The notes: generated by a model not told the origin, from the sequence alone. Positions 1-10,093 are shown, numbered from the stretch's first letter. The stretch is 49,272 nucleotides of DNA from Minisyncoccota bacterium (GCA_018063065.1 JAGORB010000002.1:1-49272); one strand, 5' to 3'. A program made the numbers and translations.

Positions 1-465
1 GGTGTAACCGCGGAAGAAATTGAGAAGGAGTTGATAACGGCCGGCTTCGACAAGTCGGGTAAAGTGACTCTCTTTGATGGTCAGACGGGTGAGGCCTTCG
101 AGCAGCCGATTGCGATTGGTCACATGTATATCTTGAAGCTCGCTCACATGGTGGAGGACAAGATTCACATGCGCTCGATTGGACCGTACTCGCTTATTAC
201 ACAACAGCCATTGGGTGGTCGCTCACAAGGTGGCGGTCAGCGCTTTGGAGAAATGGAAGTCTGGGCCCTCGAGGGTTACGGCGCCGCTTATACTTTGCGC
301 GAGATGTTAACTGTTAAGTCCGACGATATTGTAGGTCGCTCCAGCACCTTCGACTCGATTGTGAAGGGGACGCCGATTCGTCCGCCTAATGTGCCGGCGG
401 CCTTCAATGTGATGCTTGCCGAGTTGCGCGGTCTCGCACTCGATGTTGACCTTAAGAAAATTTAA
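1..465 (+). CDS. rpoB: DNA-directed RNA polymerase subunit beta, C-terminal fragment (5' end outside window)
   Basis: Frame 1 is open from base 1 ([11 protein letters not shown] precedes the listed M at 31). It carries the conserved RpoB C-terminus [32 protein letters not shown]. rpoC follows 18 nt later. Confidence 0.95.
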   Translation, partial: GVTAEEIEKELITAGFDKSGKVTLFDGQTGEAFEQPIAIGHMYILKLAHMVEDKIHMRSIGPYSLITQQPLGGRSQGGGQRFGEMEVWALEGYGAAYTLREMLTVKSDDIVGRSSTFDSIVKGTPIRPPNVPAAFNVMLAELRGLALDVDLKKI

Positions 466-483
466 TTAATTTATAAATTATTT

Positions 484-3400
484 ATGGAAACAAAACGCAA
501 TCCCATCCCCGTAAATACCAAGGTCAATAATCCGACCGACTTCAATGCTGTGTCTTTGAAGTTGGCTTCACCCGAGCGGATCTTGGAGTGGTCTTATGGC
601 GAGGTTACCAAGCCCGAGACTATTAACTACCGTTCCGGCCGCGCGGAGCGCGGTGGCCTCTTCGATGAGCGCATCTTCGGTCCAGAGCGTGACTATGAGT
701 GTTACTGCGGTAAGTACAAGCGTATTCGTTACAAGGATATTATCTGCGACAAGTGTGGCGTGGAGGTTACCCGCTCCATTGTCCGTCGTGAGCGCATGGG
801 CCATATTGAGCTGGCCTCCCCGGTAGTGCACATTTGGTACTTACGCAATATTCCATCGCGTTTAGGTTTAGTCTTGAATCTCTCCATTCCTGATTTAGAG
901 AAGGTGGTTTACTTTGCCGGCTACATTATTACCTCGATTAACGAGAATGAGCGCGGCCGAGTGTTGAAGGAGATTGACGCCGAGTACAAGAGCAAGGTTA
1001 AGAGTATGAATGAAGAGGCGGATCGTGATCGCCTTAAAGAGGCCTTGCTCGAGGCCAAACGCCAAGTTGAATCTTTAACCCCATGGCAGGTGGTAGATGA
1101 GGTCTCTTATCACCGCTTATCTCTTAAGTATGGTTCCATTTTTGAAGCGTCCATTGGCGCCGAGGCCCTGTATCAAATCTGCAAGAGTATTGATATTGAT
1201 GACATGATCTCCCAGTTGAATACTAGTATTGAGAAGGCTTCAGCCGTAGATCGGGCGCGCATGCAACGTCGCTTAAACTTATTCCGCACCCTCAAGCGCT
1301 CCGGTGTTCGCCCCGAGTGGATCTTCATGAAGGTGATCCCGGTGATCCCGCCCGCTCTGCGCCCAATGGTGGCACTTGAAGGTGGTCGCCACGCTACTTC
1401 TGATGTCAACGACTTGTATCGTCGCGTCATCAACCGCAACAATCGCTTAAAGAAGCTCTTAGACTTAAATGCGCCTGACGTTATTTTGCGCAACGAGAAG
1501 CGTATTTTGCAAGAAGCGGTAGACGCCTTAATCGACAACTCCATTCGCAAGGGTGGCGGTAGTGAAGGCGTACTTAATCAGGCTCAACGTCGACCGCTTA
1601 AATCCTTGGCCGACTCCCTCCGCGGTAAGCAGGGTCGCTTCCGTCAGAACTTGCTGGGTAAGCGCGTGGACTACTCGGGCCGCTCGGTAATTGTGGTGGG
1701 TCCGGAGCTTAAGATCTCGCAATGTGGTCTGCCTAAGCACATGGCACTAGAGCTCTTCCGACCGTTTGTTATTTCTAAAATTTTAGAGCAAGAGTTGGCC
1801 TTCAACATCCGTGGTGCCGGTCGTCTTATCGATGAGGGTATTCCGGAAGTGTGGGCGATTTTAGAAGAGGTGATTAAAGATAAACGCGTACTCTTAAACC
1901 GTGCGCCAACTCTGCACCGCTTGGGTATTCAGGCCTTCCAGCCGGTGCTCATTGAAGGTAATGCCATTCAGATTCACCCGCTTGTTTGTACCGCCTTCAA
2001 CGCCGACTTCGACGGTGACCAAATGGCCGTGCACGTACCGTTATCTGAAAAGGCACAAGACGAGGCCCGCGATATTATTGCCGCCAACAAGAACTTGTTG
2101 AAGCCAGGCTCCGGTGACCCAGTAGTTAACATGAAGCTCGATATTGTTCTGGGTTGTTATTGGGTAACCAAGGCGATGGCCGGTGAGAAGGGTGAGGGTA
2201 AATATTTCTCCACTCCTAATCAAGCCATTATGGCCTACGACTTTGGCGAGGTGGGCTTACGCTCAAAAATTAAATTAATGGGTGGCAAGCCCGAGAAGTA
2301 TGGTGAGGTGGCTGGTCAAATCTTTGAGACTACTGTTGGCCGCATTCTCTTCAACAATAATTTACCAAGCGACTTCCTCTTTATTAATCACGAGATTAAG
2401 AGTAAGGAGATTAGTCGCTTGATTGAAGACTTAATTACTCGTTATGGACTCGACCGCATGCCAGAAATTTTGGACCGGATTAAAACCTTCGGCTTCAAGT
2501 TCTCTACGCGCTCTGGTATTACCTTCAGTTATAACGATGTCCTCGTACCCGTAGAGAAAGAAGAGATTGTTAAGAGGGCGAGAACCGATGTTCATCGGGT
2601 AGAGGGAGAGTATTTAGAAGGTCTACTTTCAACGACTGAGCGTTATCGCATGATTATTGAATTGTGGACTAAGGCTAAATTAGAAATTCAAAAAGTAATT
2701 CCTGATTCTTTGCCGAAGGACGGTCCCTTGGCCGACATTTTACACTCGGGAGCCCGCGGTTCTATTGGTCAGATTACGCAGATGGCCGGTATGAAGGGTA
2801 TTATTGTTAACCCGGCTGGTGAAGATATTGACTTCCCAATTGTGCCGTCTTACAAGGAGGGTCTATCGCCCTTGGAGTACTTCATTACCACTCACGGCTC
2901 GCGTAAAACGCTCGCCGATGTGGCGCTCAACACCGCCAAGGCTGGTTATATGACTCGTAAGTTGGTGGATGTGTCGCAAGACTTGGTAGTCCGCGAGAAT
3001 GATTGTGGTGACAATGAGGGTCGCCTCATTAGCATGTCCAACATTGTCGGCTTCGACACTGGTATTGGTCGCTCCATCAAGGGTCGCATTTTACTCAAGG
3101 ACTTAGTGGATGAAGCGGGTAAAGTGGTCTTCAAGAAGGGACACTTGCTCTCGCGCGAGGATGCTCGTCAGGTGGATGAGGCCGGCGTGAAGAGCGCACA
3201 TGTTCGCTCGCCCTTGGCTTGTAAGTCTTTAACTGGTGTTTGCCGCTCTTGTTATGGTGAGGATACCGGTCGCGGTACCTTGGTAGCAATGGGTGAGCCG
3301 GTGGGTGTGGTAGCGGCCCAAGCGATTGGTGAGCCGGGCACTCAGCTGACGATGCGTACCAAGCACTCGGGAGGTATCTCGACCGGTGGTATGGACATTG

Positions 3401-4161
3401 TGGGCGGTCTGCCACGGGTAGAAGAAATCTTCGAGCGTCGCAGTCCTAAGAATCAAGCCGTTATCTCGGAAGTGGATGGTGAGGTCTTGGAGGTCAAGAA
3501 TGATGGTAAAGAATATTTGATCAGAATTGCCGCCACTTTAGAAACCCAGAAAAAGAAGAAGGGTAAAGACGGCAGTGTGGTGGAGTACACCGCGCCGCTG
3601 TCGCGTACCGTCTTGGTGAAGATGGGTTCCACGGTGAAGAAGGGTGAGATTATTACCGACGGCTCGGCCGACCTTACCGACTTAACTAAGCTCGCCGGTC
3701 GCTTGCCCACCGAGGATTACATCATTAAAGAAATTAACGCTATTTACGAATTGCAGGGTGTCTCGATCTCGCGCAAGCATATTGAGCTGATTATCCGCCA
3801 GATGTTCTCGCGCTTGAAGATTAAGGATATTGGTGCCACCAACTTTACTTTAGGTGAAGTGGTAGAACGCGCCGACTTTGAACGAGAGAACTTGTCGGTC
3901 AGCGACAAGGGCGGTGAGAAGGCGGTGGGCGATGAGATCTTACTTGGTATCTCCGAGGTGGCTCTCTCGACCTCGTCCTTCCTCTCGGCCGCTTCCTTCC
4001 AGCACACCAACAAGGTGTTGATTGATATGTCCTTGAAGGGTGGCTTAGACAAGCTCCGCGGTTTGAAGGAGAATGTAATCATTGGTCGCTTGATCCCGGC
4101 TGGTACCGGCTTGGCGCCCGAGGAGGTGCCACCACCGGAAGAGACTTTGGCCCAGTTCTAA
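484..4161 (+). CDS. rpoC: DNA-directed RNA polymerase subunit beta'
   Basis: 1225-aa ORF with an N-terminal zinc-binding Cys cluster ([20 protein letters not shown]), the catalytic [14 protein letters not shown] motif and the trigger-loop region [16 protein letters not shown]. Confidence 0.98.
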   Translation: METKRNPIPVNTKVNNPTDFNAVSLKLASPERILEWSYGEVTKPETINYRSGRAERGGLFDERIFGPERDYECYCGKYKRIRYKDIICDKCGVEVTRSIVRRERMGHIELASPVVHIWYLRNIPSRLGLVLNLSIPDLEKVVYFAGYIITSINENERGRVLKEIDAEYKSKVKSMNEEADRDRLKEALLEAKRQVESLTPWQVVDEVSYHRLSLKYGSIFEASIGAEALYQICKSIDIDDMISQLNTSIEKASAVDRARMQRRLNLFRTLKRSGVRPEWIFMKVIPVIPPALRPMVALEGGRHATSDVNDLYRRVINRNNRLKKLLDLNAPDVILRNEKRILQEAVDALIDNSIRKGGGSEGVLNQAQRRPLKSLADSLRGKQGRFRQNLLGKRVDYSGRSVIVVGPELKISQCGLPKHMALELFRPFVISKILEQELAFNIRGAGRLIDEGIPEVWAILEEVIKDKRVLLNRAPTLHRLGIQAFQPVLIEGNAIQIHPLVCTAFNADFDGDQMAVHVPLSEKAQDEARDIIAANKNLLKPGSGDPVVNMKLDIVLGCYWVTKAMAGEKGEGKYFSTPNQAIMAYDFGEVGLRSKIKLMGGKPEKYGEVAGQIFETTVGRILFNNNLPSDFLFINHEIKSKEISRLIEDLITRYGLDRMPEILDRIKTFGFKFSTRSGITFSYNDVLVPVEKEEIVKRARTDVHRVEGEYLEGLLSTTERYRMIIELWTKAKLEIQKVIPDSLPKDGPLADILHSGARGSIGQITQMAGMKGIIVNPAGEDIDFPIVPSYKEGLSPLEYFITTHGSRKTLADVALNTAKAGYMTRKLVDVSQDLVVRENDCGDNEGRLISMSNIVGFDTGIGRSIKGRILLKDLVDEAGKVVFKKGHLLSREDARQVDEAGVKSAHVRSPLACKSLTGVCRSCYGEDTGRGTLVAMGEPVGVVAAQAIGEPGTQLTMRTKHSGGISTGGMDIVGGLPRVEEIFERRSPKNQAVISEVDGEVLEVKNDGKEYLIRIAATLETQKKKKGKDGSVVEYTAPLSRTVLVKMGSTVKKGEIITDGSADLTDLTKLAGRLPTEDYIIKEINAIYELQGVSISRKHIELIIRQMFSRLKIKDIGATNFTLGEVVERADFERENLSVSDKGGEKAVGDEILLGISEVALSTSSFLSAASFQHTNKVLIDMSLKGGLDKLRGLKENVIIGRLIPAGTGLAPEEVPPPEETLAQF

Positions 4162-4176
4162 ACAATCTTTAATCCA

Positions 4177-5877
4177 ATGTCTTCCACTGTCGAGAAAATC
4201 AAAGATCGTCTCGGAGTTGTGGAGGTAATCAGTAAGTATATTCAGTTAGAGCGAGCGGGACTTAACTTCCGAGCTCGTTGCCCCTTCCATAATGAGAAGA
4301 CGCCTTCCTTCTTCGTCTCGCCCGGGCGCAATTCCTGGCATTGTTTTGGCTGCGCCAAGGGTGGGGATATTATCTCGTTTGTGGAAGAGATTGAGGGTCT
4401 GGATTTTGTCGGTGCGCTTAAAGTCTTGGCGCCGTGGGCCGGGGTGGAATTGGAAGTCTGGAATAAAGAGGAGAGCGATGATAAGCAGCGCCTGTATCAA
4501 ATTATGGATAAGGCGGCCGGCTTCTTCCAAACTTATTTGAGTGAGAATGAGGCGGCCAAAAATTATTTGCTCTCGCGCGGCTTGAAGCCGGAGACGATTG
4601 ATAACTTTAGGCTCGGCTTTGCTCCCACTGGCTGGCGGCATGTGGCCGACAAGCTTAACTTGGCCGGCTTTAAAGATGAAGAATTAGTTGAAGTGGGCCT
4701 GGTGGTTAAACCCACGGAGGGGGCGGGGACTAAGGGTAATCGCTCTTACGAGCGCTTCCGCTCGCGCTTGATGTTCCCCCTCTTTGACTCGGCGGGGAGA
4801 GTGGTTGGCTTCTCGGGGCGAGTGTTTGAGGGTAAAGATGACGAGGCCAAGTATATTAACTCGCCCGAGACCAAGCTCTATGATAAGTCCCGCTTGCTGT
4901 ATGGTTATGATCGAGCCAAACTCGCCATCCGCTCGGCCAATCGGGCCATCTTGGTGGAAGGTCAAATTGACCTGGTGATGGCTCATCAAGCCGGTCTTAC
5001 CGAGACGGTGGCCGTCTCGGGTACGGCCTTAACTGTGAGTCACTTGCAGCAACTTAAGCGCCTCACTGACAACTTGGTGATGTCGTTTGACCCAGACTTG
5101 GCTGGGGTGAACGCCGCTCGGCGGGCGATTGATCTGGCGCTCGCACTGGGCTTTGAGATTAAGGCTGCTCTCTTGCCGGCCGGTCAGGATCCAGCGGAGG
5201 TGATTAAAGACTCGCCGGAGAAGTTTATTAAAGCGGTGGGCGAGAGTAAACATATTATCGACTTCTATTTAAGTGTGGTGGCTGGTGGGGAGCATGAGGC
5301 CAGAGAACTTAATCGCTTGGTGACGCGCGATGTGATCCCGTATGTGAAGCGCTTGCCCAACGCCTTGGATCAGGCCCACTTTGTGAAGAAGATTGCCAGC
5401 TTCCTTAATATGACGGAGGAGCCGGTGTGGGCGGAAGTGCGCAAGGTACCCGGCGCGGCGGTAGCCGCCGCGCCGGTAGCGCCCGCGCCTGCCACTGTCT
5501 CGCGCACCAGTCGCTTGGAGCGCTTGCTCTTCGGCCTATATTTATGGCAAGAGGGAGCGGAGACCCCGCGCTTCGATCAAGCGAGCTTGATCGAGAATCT
5601 GAAAACTTTTTTGGGTGAAGAATTTAAGGGGCGAGAAGAATTCTATCGTTCTCTGGGTCAAGAATTATTATTCGAGATTGAGTTATCTTATGAAGGCTCG
5701 GGCAAGCTTCATGAAGAAATAATTGATCTTTTGGCCAGCTTCCGCCGAGAGAAGTTGAAGCAAGACCTCACCGACATCCTCGTCTTAATTAGACAGGCCG
5801 AGGCAGCGGGGGATCAGGCCAAGCTCGACAGTTACCTTAAAAAATGCCAGGATATAACGCAGGCTTTAAACACCTAA
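4177..5877 (+). CDS. dnaG: DNA primase
   Basis: CHC2 zinc finger ([24 protein letters not shown]), RNA polymerase core ([18 protein letters not shown]) and TOPRIM ([18 protein letters not shown]). Confidence 0.95.
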   Translation: MSSTVEKIKDRLGVVEVISKYIQLERAGLNFRARCPFHNEKTPSFFVSPGRNSWHCFGCAKGGDIISFVEEIEGLDFVGALKVLAPWAGVELEVWNKEESDDKQRLYQIMDKAAGFFQTYLSENEAAKNYLLSRGLKPETIDNFRLGFAPTGWRHVADKLNLAGFKDEELVEVGLVVKPTEGAGTKGNRSYERFRSRLMFPLFDSAGRVVGFSGRVFEGKDDEAKYINSPETKLYDKSRLLYGYDRAKLAIRSANRAILVEGQIDLVMAHQAGLTETVAVSGTALTVSHLQQLKRLTDNLVMSFDPDLAGVNAARRAIDLALALGFEIKAALLPAGQDPAEVIKDSPEKFIKAVGESKHIIDFYLSVVAGGEHEARELNRLVTRDVIPYVKRLPNALDQAHFVKKIASFLNMTEEPVWAEVRKVPGAAVAAAPVAPAPATVSRTSRLERLLFGLYLWQEGAETPRFDQASLIENLKTFLGEEFKGREEFYRSLGQELLFEIELSYEGSGKLHEEIIDLLASFRREKLKQDLTDILVLIRQAEAAGDQAKLDSYLKKCQDITQALNT

Positions 5878-5896
5878 TTTACATACAATAATTTTT

Positions 5897-7156
5897 ATGG
5901 CGAAAACTAAAAAGAAGAAGGCAAAGGTAGTTAAGAAGAAAAAAGCCCTTAAAAAGGCTAAGGTTAAAAAAGTGGTGAAGGTGAAAGCTAAAGCCAAGTC
6001 TAAAAAGCCCGCCCGACTGAACAGTCGTTCGGGCGGGGCGGTTAAAGCCAAAAAGCCGTTAAAGAAAGCCGGTAAGGGCGCTAAAAAAGATTCAAGTGAA
6101 GCGCGTGATAAGAAGGCCGAGGTCTTGGTGGCTAAGGGCAAGCAACGCGGCTTTATTACTTACACCGAGATTTTAAAAGAATTCCCTAATATTGAAACGG
6201 ACATCGTCTTCTTAGAAGGACTTTATAATAAATTAGAGGAAGTGGGTGTGGATGTGTTGGAGGAGGGTGGCTTGTTAGAGACCGAGGAGCAAGTAGTAGA
6301 GAAGTTAAAATCAACTCGTTCTGACGCCTCCCTCGACTCGGTACAAATGTATCTTAAAGAAATTGGCCGTCATAAACTCTTAAACGGCGCGGAAGAGAAG
6401 GAGCTCGCCAAGCGCATTCTCTTGGGTGATGATGAAGCCAAGAAGACTCTCGCCAATGCCAACCTCCGTTTGGTGGTCTCGATTGCCAAGAAGTATATGG
6501 GCCGCTCGAGCGACCTTACCTTACTCGACCTGATCCAAGAGGGTAACTTGGGCCTCTTTAAGGCGGTAGAGAAGTTCGACTGGCGGAAGGGCTTCAAATT
6601 CTCGACCTATGCCACCTGGTGGATCCGTCAGGCGGTGACTAGGGCCTTGGCTGACCAATCCCGCACTATCCGTATCCCCGTGCACATGGTGGAGACCATT
6701 GCCAAGTACAAGCAGGTTTATCGTCGTTTATCCCAAGACTTAGGCCGGGAACCTCTTCCCCAAGAGATTGCTACCGAGATGGGTGTGGATGTGGAGAAGA
6801 TTCACACCATTGAGAAGATTGATCAGAGCACTACCTCGCTCGATAAACCAACCGATGACGATGACGAGAAGTCCACTTTGGGCGAGTTTATTGCCGATGA
6901 TAAAATTGCGCCGCCAGATCAAGATGTGTCACGCCGGATCTTGCGCGATCAAATTGAAGAAATTTTGTCTGACCTCTCCGAGAAGGAGCGCGCGATCTTG
7001 GAGATGCGCCACGGCTTGAAGGATGGAGTCATGCGCACCTTGGAGGAGGTGGGCAAGGAATTTGGCGTAACGCGTGAGCGCATCCGCCAGATTGAGGCCA
7101 AGGCCCACGATAAGATCCGCCAGCACGACAAGGCCAAGCGCCTGATGGGGTACTAA
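5897..7156 (+). CDS. rpoD: Primary-type RNA polymerase sigma-70 factor with a Lys-rich N-terminal extension
   Basis: Region 2 ([35 protein letters not shown]), region 3 ([11 protein letters not shown]) and region 4 ([23 protein letters not shown]). The first ~80 aa are mostly K/A/V. Confidence 0.95.
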   Translation: MAKTKKKKAKVVKKKKALKKAKVKKVVKVKAKAKSKKPARLNSRSGGAVKAKKPLKKAGKGAKKDSSEARDKKAEVLVAKGKQRGFITYTEILKEFPNIETDIVFLEGLYNKLEEVGVDVLEEGGLLETEEQVVEKLKSTRSDASLDSVQMYLKEIGRHKLLNGAEEKELAKRILLGDDEAKKTLANANLRLVVSIAKKYMGRSSDLTLLDLIQEGNLGLFKAVEKFDWRKGFKFSTYATWWIRQAVTRALADQSRTIRIPVHMVETIAKYKQVYRRLSQDLGREPLPQEIATEMGVDVEKIHTIEKIDQSTTSLDKPTDDDDEKSTLGEFIADDKIAPPDQDVSRRILRDQIEEILSDLSEKERAILEMRHGLKDGVMRTLEEVGKEFGVTRERIRQIEAKAHDKIRQHDKAKRLMGY

Positions 7157-7178
7157 TTACCACTTATTATAAATGAGG

Positions 7179-7215
7179 AAAGGCCACCGACTGCAGAAGC
7201 AGAAGGTGGCCTTTT
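7179..7215 (+). terminator. Rho-independent terminator after rpoD
   Basis: Stem AAGGCCACC (7180-7188) pairs with GGTGGCCTT (7205-7213) and is followed by TTTT. It lies between convergent rpoD and the DsbA-like gene. Confidence 0.7.
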
Positions 7216-7249
7216 ACCGTTTCGAACATATTAACTTTTTGTTATTTTA

Positions 7250-7267
7250 GCGATGATGCATCATCGC
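7250..7267. repeat. Perfect 18-bp palindrome GCGATGATGCATCATCGC
   Basis: Read directly from the sequence; it is its own reverse complement. It sits in the convergent intergenic region and has no strong U-tract on either strand. Confidence 0.9.
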
Positions 7268-7318
7268 ATTTGTTCTAAACAGTTGAAACCTCAACTATTC
7301 CTCCAAGATTATAGAGGA

Positions 7319-8041
7319 CTATTTAACTTTTGCCAATTCTGCCTCTAGAAGCGCCTTCAACTGTGGATAAGGTAAGGCACCACCTAATGCCGTCTGGGTG
7401 CCGTCGGCGCTAATAATCACTGGGAAGGGGGTGCCGGTGGCGCCATTCTTGGTAGCGTCGTCGATGTCCGCTTGGACTACTGCGTCAAAGTCATTCTTGG
7501 CCAAGCAGGCTTCAAAAGCGGCGCGATTAAGGCCAACTTCAGCCGCGAGGGTAGGCAAGAGAGAGGCGTCTAAGCCATCGTTAGAAGGGGTAACAGCGAA
7601 GACTTTATCCAAGTACTGCCAGAAGCCGTCATTACCGCCCAACTTGGCAGCACACTCGGTGGCAATAGCCTCACCACGAGCCTTGGCGTGTAAGTTATCA
7701 AGCGGGAAGTGGCGATAGACCCAGGCAATTTGAGTAGAGGTGCCATAAGCGGCCATGACCTGATTCATACTGTTGTGGAATTGCTTGCAGAAGGGGCACT
7801 CCAAGTCAGAATATTCTACCACTATCACTGGAGCGTTGATGTTACCGCGGATGTGATCAGCGGCACTGACGGGGCGGATATTTACCTCCGTCTTCTCTTC
7901 ACCACCTAAATTAAGTAAAGGCTTACCGTCTCCGCCAAATAAGTCGCGCTTCTCGCCACCGCCGTAGACTACCGCGCCAATAATTAATAAAACTACTACC
8001 ACTAAAGCGACACCAATGCCTGCATAATTTTTATTTTCCAT
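7319..8041 (-). CDS. Membrane-anchored DsbA-family thiol:disulfide oxidoreductase
   Basis: N-terminal TM helix (GIGVALVVVVLLIIGAVVY) and a thioredoxin-fold CxxC active site in the DsbA-like context VVEYSDLECPFCKQFH. Confidence 0.8.
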   Translation of the reverse strand: MENKNYAGIGVALVVVVLLIIGAVVYGGGEKRDLFGGDGKPLLNLGGEEKTEVNIRPVSAADHIRGNINAPVIVVEYSDLECPFCKQFHNSMNQVMAAYGTSTQIAWVYRHFPLDNLHAKARGEAIATECAAKLGGNDGFWQYLDKVFAVTPSNDGLDASLLPTLAAEVGLNRAAFEACLAKNDFDAVVQADIDDATKNGATGTPFPVIISADGTQTALGGALPYPQLKALLEAELAKVK

Positions 8042-8053
8042 ATAGTTATAAGT

Positions 8054-8380
8054 TTACTTAATTTTGACCCCGGCCGCCACCAAGCGCTCGGGCATCAATA
8101 TGACCGGCCCGTCGGGGGAGTCGGCCGCTAGGAGCATCCCCTGGCTCTCTAGGCCCATTAGAGAGCGAGGCTCAAGGTTGGCAATAATCACCACCTGCCG
8201 GCCGATGAGGCTCTCGGGAGTGTAACTCTTGGCAATACCCGAGACAATCTGACGTTCTTCGTTCTCTAAAATAACCGTTAATTTAAGCAACTTCTCCGAC
8301 CCTTCTACTGGTTCGGCTGCCTTAATCTCCACGACCCGTAAATCTACCTTGCTCCAATAATCGTAATTTATAGTTTCCAT
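8054..8380 (-). CDS. tRNA-binding domain protein (CsaA/Trbp111/EMAP-like)
   Basis: 108 aa with a stand-alone OB-fold tRNA-binding pattern: DLRVVEIKAAEPVEGSEKLLKLTV..RQIVSGIAKSYTPESLIGRQVVIIANLEPRSLMGLESQGMLLAA. Confidence 0.8.
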   Translation of the reverse strand: METINYDYWSKVDLRVVEIKAAEPVEGSEKLLKLTVILENEERQIVSGIAKSYTPESLIGRQVVIIANLEPRSLMGLESQGMLLAADSPDGPVILMPERLVAAGVKIK

Positions 8381-8391
8381 CTGCCGATTAT

Positions 8392-8433
8392 AACAAAAAA
8401 ATAGCCCCCGCGAACCATCAGGTTCGCGGGGGG
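8392..8433 (-). terminator. Rho-independent terminator of the 8456-8719 gene
   Basis: 12-bp GC-rich stem CCCCCGCGAACC (8405-8416) / GGTTCGCGGGGG (8421-8432). On the minus strand it is followed by CTATTTTTTTGTT. Confidence 0.85.
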
Positions 8434-8455
8434 ATGCACGGGGATGTGGGGTGGG

Positions 8456-8719
8456 CTAGTTAATATTCAGCTCCTGCTCGCGTAAGAGCACTTTCGTAAT
8501 ATCGCCATTGTCATCGGCGATAACCTGGAAGCGGTCGCCAACCCGGGGTGGGATACCAGCTTTCTGAATAGCCAGTTCCAATCCCTTGGCTATCAGTCGG
8601 CCATTGATGGGGGCAGATGGCTTGAGGTGCTCTGGGTCTGGTTCTAAAAAATCCAGACCCACGGCGCCCGGGGTGTGTCGCTCGAGGTGGGTATCCACCA
8701 AAATACTTTTGCTTGTCAT
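8456..8719 (-). CDS. Hypothetical protein (87 aa), no recognisable domain
   Basis: AGGAGG SD (plus-strand CCTCCT at 8726-8731) lies 6 nt from the ATG. It has its own TATAAT promoter and its own terminator. Codon usage looks atypical by eye. Confidence 0.6.
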   Translation of the reverse strand: MTSKSILVDTHLERHTPGAVGLDFLEPDPEHLKPSAPINGRLIAKGLELAIQKAGIPPRVGDRFQVIADDNGDITKVLLREQELNIN

Positions 8720-8773
8720 AAAAGTCCTCCTACTATCATTATAGCATATATGGGGATAAAAAGCAAGCTAATC

Positions 8774-8802
8774 TTGGCAAGACCTTTATTTGTCGCTATA
8801 AT
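8774..8802 (+). promoter_or_regulatory. Near-consensus sigma-70 promoter driving the leader element and tRNA-Asn
   Basis: TTGGCA (8774-8779), a 17-nt spacer, then TATAAT (8797-8802). The predicted transcription start is around 8809. Confidence 0.65.
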
Positions 8803-8811
8803 CCTCAGTAT

Positions 8812-8884
8812 TCCGTGGTACCCGCCCGAACGTGCCGAAGCACTTTCGGTACGGGCGGGGCTCAGCACTGAGCGTGCCACGAGA
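8812..8884 (+). ncRNA. tRNA-sized structured leader or tRNA-like remnant upstream of tRNA-Asn (function unknown)
   Basis: 73 nt. TCCGTGG (8812-8818) can pair imperfectly with CCACGAGA (8877-8884). A long hairpin forms from CCCGCCCG (8821-8828) / CGGGCGGG (8852-8859) with inner CCGAA/TTCGG, and a short hairpin from GCTCA/TGAGC (8860-8873). The element shares ATTCCGTGGTA with the tRNA 5' end. Confidence 0.35.
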
Positions 8885-8893
8885 ATGTAACAT

Positions 8894-8968
8894 TCCGTGG
8901 TAGCTCAGCGGTAGAGCGGTCGCCTGTTAAGCGATTGGTCGTAGGTTCGATCCCTACCCACGGAGCCA
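8894..8968 (+). tRNA. tRNA-Asn (anticodon GTT), CCA encoded
   Basis: Manual cloverleaf: acceptor TCCGTGG/CCACGGA, D arm GCTC-AGCGGTA-GAGC, anticodon arm GTCGC-CTGTTAA-GCGAT, T arm GTAGG-TTCGATC-CCTAC, discriminator G plus CCA. Confidence 0.93.
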
Positions 8969-8970
8969 TC

Positions 8971-9002
8971 AAAAAACAGCCTAAATACAGGACTGTTTTT
9001 TG
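8971..9002 (+). terminator. Weak hairpin plus T-run after tRNA-Asn
   Basis: AACAGCC...GGACTGTT (with one bulge) followed by TTTTTTG. Confidence 0.5.
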
Positions 9003-9014
9003 TTACCCAAATAT

Positions 9015-9027
9015 GGTTCAGAACTCT
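9015..9027. repeat. Palindromic motif GGTTC-A-GAACTC (copy 1 of 3)
   Basis: It lies 12 nt upstream of the 9039 start. Related copies are at 9762-9772 and 9841-9853. Confidence 0.5.
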
Positions 9028-9038
9028 AATTTGATAGT

Positions 9039-9749
9039 ATGGTAATAATGAAAAAGTTTATTATTTATTCGCTGCTAGCGGTAATCCTTTTAGTAGTATG
9101 CGGATATGGCTTGCTTCTAATTAGCAAATCACGTACTTTTCAGTTTTTTGGCAGTATCGTAAGTCGGGTTGATACTGAAGAAAAAGTGATTGCATTCACA
9201 TTTGATGACGGACCAGAGACATACACGAATGAGATCCTGGATGTATTGCAGGAAAAGCAAATAAAAGCCACATTTTATGTGATTGGTGAAAGGTTGCAGG
9301 AAAACTTAGAAATTGGAAAGCGTATCGTAGACGAGGGGCACGAGCTTGGTAATCACTCATTCACTCATCAAAGGTTTTTGTTTAGGCCTCAATCTTTTAT
9401 TGATAGTGAAATACAAAAAACTAATGAGCTTATCCGAGAGGCGGGATATGAAGGAGTAATTACTTTTCGTCCTCCGTATGGAAAAAAACTTCTCGCGCTT
9501 CCGTGGTATCTAAATAAACATAACATTGAAACCATTATGGTTGATGTTGAACCCGATACCTATGGAACTACATCCGATTTCTTTGTTGAATATACAATTG
9601 CTAACACAAAAGCAGGTTCTATCATTTTGCTTCACCCATTCTGTGAGACCTGCAGTGAGCAAAGAAAAGCTGTTCCACTCATAATAGACGCACTGAAAGA
9701 GAAGGGTTATACATTTGTTACTGTTTCTGAGTTACTTTCTAAAAGATAA
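9039..9749 (+). CDS. Polysaccharide deacetylase (NodB homology domain), membrane anchored
   Basis: N-terminal TM helix and NodB motifs FTFDDGP and ELGNHSFTH, plus RPPYG. The gene is markedly AT-rich compared with its neighbours (by eye). The start could also be the ATG at 9048. Confidence 0.85.
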   Translation: MVIMKKFIIYSLLAVILLVVCGYGLLLISKSRTFQFFGSIVSRVDTEEKVIAFTFDDGPETYTNEILDVLQEKQIKATFYVIGERLQENLEIGKRIVDEGHELGNHSFTHQRFLFRPQSFIDSEIQKTNELIREAGYEGVITFRPPYGKKLLALPWYLNKHNIETIMVDVEPDTYGTTSDFFVEYTIANTKAGSIILLHPFCETCSEQRKAVPLIIDALKEKGYTFVTVSELLSKR

Positions 9750-9840
9750 GTTTAGAGAAATCAGTTCTGAAGTGTTGCCTCAGGAAATATCTCTAAAATC
9801 TTAGAAAACTCTATATCTCTTTTGATTGCAGTCCAGTTGA

Positions 9841-9853
9841 GAGTTCTGAACTC
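9841..9853. repeat. Palindromic motif GAGTTC-T-GAACTC (copy 3; a partial copy AGTTCTGAA is at 9763-9771)
   Basis: 12 nt (9840-9851) are the exact reverse complement of 9016-9027. It lies 55 nt upstream of the 9908 ORF. Confidence 0.5.
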
Positions 9854-9907
9854 GTCCACTATAGGGAGCCAATAGCATTTCAAGAGATTCTTTGGGATAA
9901 TATAGGA

Positions 9908-10093
9908 ATGAAGATGACACGTAATACATCTAGATTAGTAATAAAGATTATGCCGGTGGTGGTTACCGCCATCCTTGCCGTTATATGGTGGGTAAATGGC
10001 ATGGAGGACACTTGGCTGTATCTAAGTAATATCCTCGTTGTCCTTACAGTTTCTTGGTCTGCGTATCCTAAGAAGCTTGAAGACGAGGATTAA
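9908..10093 (+). CDS. Small two-TM membrane protein (61 aa), hypothetical
   Basis: The ORF has two hydrophobic segments. It lies in the AT-rich cassette and has no homology I can recognise. Confidence 0.35.
   Translation: MKMTRNTSRLVIKIMPVVVTAILAVIWWVNGMEDTWLYLSNILVVLTVSWSAYPKKLEDED

Noticed and set aside
568-4082. About a dozen 60-125-aa ORFs that are antisense or out of frame within rpoC (for example 1173-1550, 3131-3415 and 3744-4082).
   Set aside because: They are entirely embedded in a strongly supported 1225-aa conserved CDS. They have no start context or domains and show the Arg/Ser/Pro-rich composition typical of shadow ORFs.
5866-6141. A 91-aa Phe/Leu-rich antisense ORF opposite the rpoD 5' end.
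   Set aside because: It is the mirror image of the poly-Lys (AAG/AAA) coding run, so it is a low-complexity artefact.
8675-8890. A 71-aa plus-strand ORF spanning the promoter and the structured leader upstream of tRNA-Asn.
   Set aside because: It overlaps the start of the minus-strand gene, the TTGGCA-17-TATAAT promoter and the GC-rich hairpins. It has no SD or -10 context of its own.
9016-9851. The 12-bp inverted repeats flanking the deacetylase gene, considered as the terminal inverted repeats of an IS or MITE.
   Set aside because: Each copy is itself a palindrome, so an inverted match is automatic. There is no transposase, no target-site duplication and a third internal copy. An operator-type motif is more parsimonious.
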